Shown here: positions 58,189 through 64,000 of the stretch, piece by piece
How the letters are laid out: the number at the start of each line of letters is the position of its first letter
Numbering within the stretch: position 1 is the stretch's first letter
NCBI GenBank assembly: GCA_965117055.1
Contig: OZ220750.1
Coordinates: 124,902-188,901, forward strand
Reading direction: 5' to 3'
DNA from: Alphaproteobacteria bacterium
Lineage (GTDB): Bacteria > Pseudomonadota > Alphaproteobacteria > MPNO01
Length of the DNA stretch: 64,000 nt
Translations under genes and position numbers: made by a program
The notes under the pieces: generated by a model
What the model was told of the DNA's origin: nothing
Database searches by the model: none
What the model saw: only the letters and a program-made list of their open reading frames with translations

Positions 58189-58671
58189 ATGGAGGAGAGA
58201 TACACCAAGGGCTTCCCGGTCTCCTGGGAGCAGCTCCACCGGGATGCCCGGGCGCTCGCCTGGCGGCTCGCCTCGATGGGGCCGTGGAACGGGGTAATCG
58301 CGGTCACCCGCGGCGGGCTGGTGCCGACCGCGATCGTCGCCCGCGAGCTCGAGCTCCGCATTATCGACACCATCTGCGTCACCTCCTACGACTGGAAGGA
58401 CCAGGGCGGGATCGAGATCCTCAAGGGGATCGAGGGCGACGGCGAGGGGCTCTTGATCGTCGACGACCTGGTCGATACCGGACAGACCGCCTCGCTGGTG
58501 CGCGACATGCTGCCCAAGGCGCATTTCGCCACCGTCTACGCCAAGCCCGCCGGCCGGCCCATGGTCGACACCTTCATCACCGAGGTCAGCCAGGACACCT
58601 GGATCTACTTCCCCTGGGACATGGAGCTCCAGTTCGTCCAGCCCATCGTCCAGGCCGCCCCGCCGGGGTAG
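58189..58671 (+). CDS. gpt: xanthine phosphoribosyltransferase
   Basis: [39 protein letters not shown]. Confidence 0.93.
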   Translation: MEERYTKGFPVSWEQLHRDARALAWRLASMGPWNGVIAVTRGGLVPTAIVARELELRIIDTICVTSYDWKDQGGIEILKGIEGDGEGLLIVDDLVDTGQTASLVRDMLPKAHFATVYAKPAGRPMVDTFITEVSQDTWIYFPWDMELQFVQPIVQAAPPG

Positions 58672-58738
58672 GGCGAAGCGCCGTATGGAGGCACGGAAAC
58701 GCGCTCCGGATCGGGACACTCGTAACGAAACGCGCCGA

Positions 58739-59026
58739 TCACGCCGCCGCGAAGCGTTCCACCGCGATTTCATCGGCCCGGTGGCGGGCCTGCCACAGGT
58801 CGTAAGCCATCTGCATTCCCAGCCAGGTCTCGGGCGTCGAGCCGAAGGCCTTGGAAAGCCGTATCGCCATCTCCACCGAAACGCCGGTGCGCTCGTTCAC
58901 CAGTTCCGAGAGCGCCTGCCGCGTGACGCCCAGCCCCTCCGCGGCCCGGGTCACGGTGAGCCCCAAGGGTTCGAGGCATTGCCGCTTCACGATGCCGCCC
59001 GGATGGGGCGGGTTATGCATGCCCAT
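58739..59026 (-). CDS. higA: HigA antitoxin
   Basis: MHNPPHPG...LGVTRQALSELVN...MAIRLSKAFG...WLGMQ. Confidence 0.9.
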   Translation of the reverse strand: MGMHNPPHPGGIVKRQCLEPLGLTVTRAAEGLGVTRQALSELVNERTGVSVEMAIRLSKAFGSTPETWLGMQMAYDLWQARHRADEIAVERFAAA

Positions 59027-59037
59027 GTCCGGTCTCC

Positions 59038-59316
59038 TCAGTGATAGTCAACATAGTCCACGTCGACCGCCGCGCCGTCCTCGAACCGAAAGGTGACGCG
59101 CCAGTTGCCGGATACCGAAACCGCCCAACTGCCCTTCAGCGGTCCCTTCAATTCGTGCAGGCGGAAACCCGGCAAGTTCATGTCTTGCGGCCTGCTGCCG
59201 AGATCGAGCGCCGCCAGGATGTCGCGCAGCTTCTCGACATGCGCCGGCGCCACGCGCCGTGCCGTCCTGCCGTCGTAGAGCGCTTTCAGACCCCGATGAC
59301 GAAACGACGCGATCAT
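59038..59316 (-). CDS. higB: HigB (RelE-like, plasmid killer type) toxin
   Basis: MIASFRHRGLK...PGFRLHELKG...VSGNWRVTFRF...VDYVDYH. Confidence 0.92.
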   Translation of the reverse strand: MIASFRHRGLKALYDGRTARRVAPAHVEKLRDILAALDLGSRPQDMNLPGFRLHELKGPLKGSWAVSVSGNWRVTFRFEDGAAVDVDYVDYH

Positions 59317-59345
59317 TGCACCACCTTATTATGTCGCCTGACAAC

Positions 59346-59357
59346 TGACAATTGTCA
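59346..59357. promoter_or_regulatory. putative higBA operator
   Basis: Palindrome TGACAATTGTCA, with an extra TGACAA half-site, upstream of higB. Confidence 0.5.
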
Positions 59358-59476
59358 CATTTGGCGCCGCCGTGTAGACCCGTTCGAGACGCGTGGGGCG
59401 TACCGCGCACCTTCCGCACCTTCCGCGCCGCTCCTATAATCGCCGGCTTTCGAGGCTAACGGAGGCCGGGCGAAGC

Positions 59477-60889
59477 GTGGCCGGGCGATCGATCCGAATC
59501 CTGCTTAACGGCGAGCCCTGCGAGATCCGGGACGTGCCGCCGGCGACGACGGTGCTCGACTGGCTGAGGACGGAGAAGCGCCTCACCGGCACCAAGGAGG
59601 GCTGCGCCGAGGGCGATTGCGGCGCCTGCACGGTGGTGCTCGGCATCCCGGACGGTGGCGGGCTGCGCCACGAGGCGGTCAACAGCTGCCTGATGGCGGT
59701 GCCGCAGCTCGCCGGCAGGGCGCTCCTGACCGTCGAGGGGCTGGCGGCGAACGGCGGTCTCCACCCGCTCCAGCAAGCCATGGTCGAGGCCGATGCGAGC
59801 CAGTGCGGGTTCTGCACGCCGGGGATCGCGATGGCGCTCTTCGCCTTCCTCGAAGGCGGCGAGGAGCCGGAGGTCGAGACCATCCACGACGCGCTTGCCG
59901 GCAATCTCTGCCGCTGCACCGGGTACCGGCCGATCGTCGATGCCGCCCGCAAGGCGGAGCGCGCGCCCGCCGGGGCGTCCGCCGCGCCGGTTCCGGAGGC
60001 CGGGCCGGACTACGGGGCCGGGGTGCAGATCTTCTTCGCGCCCCGGACGCTCGACGAGCTGATCGCGCTGCGCACCGAGCACACGGACGCCCCGATCCTC
60101 GCCGGCGGCACCGATCTCGGGCTGCTGTTCTCCAAGGAGCGCCGCGCCTTCGACGCCATAATCTCCGTCGCACGGGTCGAAGAGTTGAACCGGCTGGAAG
60201 TCCGCGAGGACGAGATCGAGATCGGCGCGGCGGTCACCTATACGCGGGCGCTTCCCGTGCTGGACGCCGAATACCCGGGGATGGGCGAGCTGATCCGCCG
60301 CATCGGCTCGCGCCAGATCCGCAATCTCGGCACGATCGGCGGCAATATCGGCAACGCCTCGCCCATCGGCGACACGCCGCCCTGCCTGATCGCGCTCGAC
60401 GCCACGCTGGTCCTGCGGGGGGTGGATGGCCCGCGCGAGATGGCGATCGAGGATTTCTTCCTCGACTACCGCAAGACCGATTTGCGCCCGGGCGAGGTGA
60501 TCGAGGCGGTACGGGTCCCGCGCCTCGCCGCCGACGAATTCTTCCGCACCTACAAGGTCTCCAAGCGCTACGACCAGGACATTTCCGCGGTGATCGGGGC
60601 CTATCGCCTCACCCTGGCGGACGGCCGCGTGACCGACGCCAGGATCGCCTATGGCGGCATGGCGGCGACGCCCAAGCGCGCGCGGCACGCCGAACGGGCG
60701 CTGACCGGCAGGTCATGGGACGAGGCGGCCGTCGAAGACGCGAAGCGGGCGATGGCGGACGACTTCGAGCCCATCGACGATTTCCGTGCCGGCGCCCGTT
60801 ACCGCGCCACCGTCGCCGCCAACCTGCTGGAACGCCTCCTTCTCCAGACCGCGGGCGGGGACGCGCCGACCGGGGTGTTCGCGCTGTGA
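59477..60889 (+). CDS. xdhA: xanthine dehydrogenase small subunit (2Fe-2S + FAD)
   Basis: GTKEGCAEGDCGACT, QCGFCTPG, GNLCRCTGY, AGGTDL, YKVSKRYDQDIS. Confidence 0.93.
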   Translation: MAGRSIRILLNGEPCEIRDVPPATTVLDWLRTEKRLTGTKEGCAEGDCGACTVVLGIPDGGGLRHEAVNSCLMAVPQLAGRALLTVEGLAANGGLHPLQQAMVEADASQCGFCTPGIAMALFAFLEGGEEPEVETIHDALAGNLCRCTGYRPIVDAARKAERAPAGASAAPVPEAGPDYGAGVQIFFAPRTLDELIALRTEHTDAPILAGGTDLGLLFSKERRAFDAIISVARVEELNRLEVREDEIEIGAAVTYTRALPVLDAEYPGMGELIRRIGSRQIRNLGTIGGNIGNASPIGDTPPCLIALDATLVLRGVDGPREMAIEDFFLDYRKTDLRPGEVIEAVRVPRLAADEFFRTYKVSKRYDQDISAVIGAYRLTLADGRVTDARIAYGGMAATPKRARHAERALTGRSWDEAAVEDAKRAMADDFEPIDDFRAGARYRATVAANLLERLLLQTAGGDAPTGVFAL

Positions 60890-63192
60890 CCGCATCGGCG
60901 TTCAAGGGCGGGGTTCACCGCGCGTGGCGCCACGACAGCGCCGAGAAGCACGTCACCGGGCGCGCGGTCTATATCGACGACATGCCCGCCCTTCCCGGAA
61001 CGCAGGAAGTCTGGCTCGCCACCAGCCCGCACCCGCATGCGCGCATCCGCTCCATCGACTGCGCGGAGGCACGCGCGGTCCCCGGGGTGAGCGCCGTCGT
61101 CACCGCCGCCGACATACCGGGCGTCAACGACGTGGCGCCGATCTTCTCGGGCGAGCCGATCCTGGCCGACGGCGTCGTCGAATACGTGGGCCACCCGATC
61201 GCCGCCGTCGCCGCCGCCGACCGCGACACCGCGAGGCGGGCGGCGGCGCTGGTCGCGGTCGAGTACGAGCTGCTGGAGCCCGTGCTCTCCATCGAGCAGG
61301 CGCTGGAGCGCGAGAGCTACGTCGCCACGCCGCAGGTCATGAAGCGGGGCGACGCGGCGGCCGCGATCGCCGCCGCGCCGCACCGGGTCTCCGGCGAGGC
61401 GGGTTGCGGCGGGCAGGATCATTTCTACCTCGAAGGCCAGGTCGCGCTCGCCGTGCCGCGGGAAGACGCCGACATGCTGGTCTATTCCTCGACCCAGCAC
61501 CCGACCGAGGTCCAGCACGGCGTCGCGCATACGCTCGGCCTGCCGGCCAACGCGGTCACCGTCGAGGTCAGGCGGATGGGCGGCGCGTTCGGCGGCAAGG
61601 AGAGCCAGGCGACCATTGTCGCCGCCATCGCCGCCGTGCTTGCGCGGGCATCCGGCTTGCCGGTGAAGCTCCGGCTCGCGCGCGACGACGACATGATCGT
61701 CACCGGAAAGCGGCACGACTTTCTGTTCCGCTACGAGGCCGGTTTCGACGGGACGGGGCGGATCGCCGGGCTCGACTTCCTGTTCGCGTCGCGGGCGGGG
61801 AACGTCGCCGACCTCTCGACCTCGGTGATGGGGCGCGCGCTGTGCCACGCCGACAACTGCTACGACATCCCGAACGCCCATTTCCGGGGCTATTGCTGCA
61901 AGACCAACACGGTGTCGAACACCGCCTTCCGCGGTTTCGGCGGGCCGCAGGGAATGGTGGCGATCGAGATCGCGATCGAGCACATCGCGCGCACCCTCGG
62001 CATGGACGTGGAGGCGGTGCGCCGCGCCAACTACTACGGCGATGCGCCGAAGAACGTCACGCCATACGGCCAGGTCGTCGACGACAACGTCATCGAGGAG
62101 GTGGTCGAGGGCGTTTGCGAGCGCGCCGACTACGCGGCCCGCCGGCGCGAGGTCGCGGCGTTCAACGAAGCCAGCCCGGTGATCAAGAAGGGCATCGCGA
62201 TGGTGCCGATCAAGTTCGGCATCTCGTTCAACGTGAAGAGCCTCAACCAGGCCGGCGCCCTGGTCCATGTCTATACCGACGGAAGCGTCCACCTGAACCA
62301 CGGCGGCACCGAGATGGGGCAGGGTCTCTACGTCAAGATCGCCCAAATCGTGTCGGAGGCGTTCCAGATCGACCTCGACCGGATCAGGGTCTCGCCCGCC
62401 TCCACCGACAAGGTGCCCAACACTTCGGCGACCGCGGCGTCTTCGGGCTCCGACCTCAACGGCATGGCAGCGCTGGACGCGGCCAACCGGATCAAGGAGC
62501 GGATGGCCGGCGTCGCTGCGGAGCATTTCGGGGTCGGGCCCGGCGAGATCCGCTTCGCCGACAACCGCGTCTATGCGGGGAATCAGAGCCTCGCCTTCGA
62601 CGAGCTCGCGAAGATGAGCTGGGCGGAGCGCGTCTCGCTCTCGGCCACCGGCTTCTACCGCACCCCCGACATCCACTGGGACGGCGAGACGATGCAGGGC
62701 CGCCCGTTCTTCTACTACGCCTACGGCGCCTGCATCGCCGAGGTGGCCATCGACACGCTGACCGGGGAGAACCGGGTATTGCGCGCCGATATCCTGGAGG
62801 ATTGCGGGGCCTCGCTGAACCCGGCGATCGACCTCGGCCAGATCGAGGGCGGGTTCGTGCAGGGCATGGGCTGGGTGACGATGGAGGAGCTGTGGTGGGA
62901 CGGGGACGGGCGCCTCGGGACGCACGGCCCCTCGACCTACAAGATCCCCGGCAGCCGCGACGTGCCGCCCGTCTTCAACGTCCACATCCTGGAGGATTCC
63001 CCCAACCCCCACCCCACGATCTTCCGCTCCAAGGCGGTGGGCGAGCCTCCGCTGATGCTGGCGCTCTCGGTCTGGCTCGCGATCCGGGACGCGGTGGCCT
63101 CGCTCGCGGATCGCCGCCGCTTCGTCCGCCTCGACCCGCCGGCGACGCCAGAGCGGGTGCTGGCGGCGGTCGAGGAGGTCCGGGCGCCGTGA
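60886..63192 (+). CDS. xdhB: xanthine dehydrogenase molybdopterin subunit
   Basis: GGQDHFYLE, RRMGGAFGGKESQ, AFRGFGGPQG, GGTEMGQG, SKAVGEPP. Confidence 0.94.
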   Translation: MTASAFKGGVHRAWRHDSAEKHVTGRAVYIDDMPALPGTQEVWLATSPHPHARIRSIDCAEARAVPGVSAVVTAADIPGVNDVAPIFSGEPILADGVVEYVGHPIAAVAAADRDTARRAAALVAVEYELLEPVLSIEQALERESYVATPQVMKRGDAAAAIAAAPHRVSGEAGCGGQDHFYLEGQVALAVPREDADMLVYSSTQHPTEVQHGVAHTLGLPANAVTVEVRRMGGAFGGKESQATIVAAIAAVLARASGLPVKLRLARDDDMIVTGKRHDFLFRYEAGFDGTGRIAGLDFLFASRAGNVADLSTSVMGRALCHADNCYDIPNAHFRGYCCKTNTVSNTAFRGFGGPQGMVAIEIAIEHIARTLGMDVEAVRRANYYGDAPKNVTPYGQVVDDNVIEEVVEGVCERADYAARRREVAAFNEASPVIKKGIAMVPIKFGISFNVKSLNQAGALVHVYTDGSVHLNHGGTEMGQGLYVKIAQIVSEAFQIDLDRIRVSPASTDKVPNTSATAASSGSDLNGMAALDAANRIKERMAGVAAEHFGVGPGEIRFADNRVYAGNQSLAFDELAKMSWAERVSLSATGFYRTPDIHWDGETMQGRPFFYYAYGACIAEVAIDTLTGENRVLRADILEDCGASLNPAIDLGQIEGGFVQGMGWVTMEELWWDGDGRLGTHGPSTYKIPGSRDVPPVFNVHILEDSPNPHPTIFRSKAVGEPPLMLALSVWLAIRDAVASLADRRRFVRLDPPATPERVLAAVEEVRAP

Positions 63193-63695
63193 AGCTCGCC
63201 GAACTCAACGACGCGACGCGCGAGGAGTTCGCCGCCGCGCTCGGCCCGGTCTTCGAGCATTCGCCGTGGATCGCGGGAGAGGCCTGGGCGGCGCGGCCCT
63301 TCGCCTCGGTCGAGGACGTCTTCGAGGCGATGTCGGCGGCGATCGCCGCGGCCGACGAGGACATGAAGCTCGCCCTGATCCGCGCCCATCCCGACCTTGC
63401 CGGCAAGGCGGCGCGGGCCGGCGCGCTCACCGAACACTCGACGCGCGAGCAGCAGGGCGCCGGACTCGACCGGCTGAGCGACGGGGAGTTCGAGCGGTTC
63501 CACCGGCTCAACGGGGCCTATCGCGACCGCTTCGGTTTTCCCTTTATCGTTGCGGTCCGATTGCATACGAAGGACAGTATTCTCGAAGCGTTCGAGCGGC
63601 GCCTCGCCAACGACGAAGCGGAGGAGATGGAAGAGGCGCTGCGCAATATCGGTTCGATCGGCCGGTTCCGGCTGTTCGACCTGTTGCAGGACTGA
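63189..63695 (+). CDS. uraD: OHCU decarboxylase
   Basis: VFEHSPW, IRAHPDLAG, EQQGAGL, YRDRFGFPFIVAV. Confidence 0.9.
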   Translation: MKLAELNDATREEFAAALGPVFEHSPWIAGEAWAARPFASVEDVFEAMSAAIAAADEDMKLALIRAHPDLAGKAARAGALTEHSTREQQGAGLDRLSDGEFERFHRLNGAYRDRFGFPFIVAVRLHTKDSILEAFERRLANDEAEEMEEALRNIGSIGRFRLFDLLQD

Positions 63696-63704
63696 GACGC
63701 CGCG

Positions 63705-64000
63705 ATGGAATCGATCCTCAGCGAGTGGGTCAATCTGGTCCTCAGATGGGCCCACATCATCACCGGCATCGCCTGGATCGGCTCGTCCTTCCTGTTCATG
63801 TGGCTCGACAGCCACCTGGAGAAGCCCGACCCGCCGCGCAGGAACGTGGAGGGCGAGCTCTGGATGACCCATAGCGGCGGGTTCTACGTCGTCGAGAAGA
63901 TGGACCTCGCGCCCGAGGAGGTGCCGCGCACCCTGCACTGGTTCAAATGGGAGGCGGCGTGGACCTGGATCACCGGCTTCCTGCTGCTCTGCCTGATGTA
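63705..64000 (+). CDS. puuD: urate hydroxylase PuuD (DUF989 membrane domain), partial
   Basis: RWAHIITGIAWIGSSFLFMWLD...GELWMTHSGGFY...LHWFKWEAAWTWITGF; runs off the window end. Confidence 0.85.
   Translation, partial: MESILSEWVNLVLRWAHIITGIAWIGSSFLFMWLDSHLEKPDPPRRNVEGELWMTHSGGFYVVEKMDLAPEEVPRTLHWFKWEAAWTWITGFLLLCLM

Noticed and set aside
59617-63695. Very long alternative-frame and antisense ORFs (e.g. 60786-63695 +, 60799-63012 -, and similar ones such as 25478-28081 + and 8656-11154 +)
   Set aside because: Arg/Pro/Gly-rich shadow ORFs expected at high GC. The real genes are in the frames with family motifs; apparent fusions (1191 aa, 969 aa, 597 aa, 579 aa) are upstream run-ons.
58189-64000. 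gpt-xdhAB-uraD-puuD purine catabolism cluster as a novel system
   Set aside because: A well-described pathway; only the higBA insertion between gpt and xdhA is accessory.

Overview
High-GC chromosomal segment that looks alphaproteobacterial (Rhodospirillales-like gene set). Two canonical parS sites suggest it lies near the replication origin. Most of the window is catabolic and housekeeping genes: catechol 2,3-dioxygenase, modABC, a Rieske oxygenase/extradiol dioxygenase/M20 operon, HpaB- and UbiD-family enzymes, rcnR-rcnA, LLM monooxygenases, GSTs, infA, hutU, a TAXI-TRAP transporter, phaAB, gpt and xdhAB-uraD-puuD. Intergenic spaces are crowded with five families of palindromic repeats, CTAG/TA-flanked MITEs, an IS186-like IS4 element and an IS1380 element with its own non-autonomous derivatives, often nested inside one another. 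The best candidate for an undescribed system is an AT-richer two-gene cassette at 43423-46759. It encodes a large helical protein ending in a GrpE-like domain and an Hsp70-type ATPase that has no substrate-binding domain, and it lies between an OLD-like ABC-ATPase/TOPRIM gene and a MazEF-type module. Other conflict-type candidates are a CBS+HEPN protein, an orphan polymorphic toxin tip/immunity pair and an ImmA/IrrE-PIN pair. No rRNA, tRNA or CRISPR array was seen. All assignments come from motif recognition by eye; no database searches were run.
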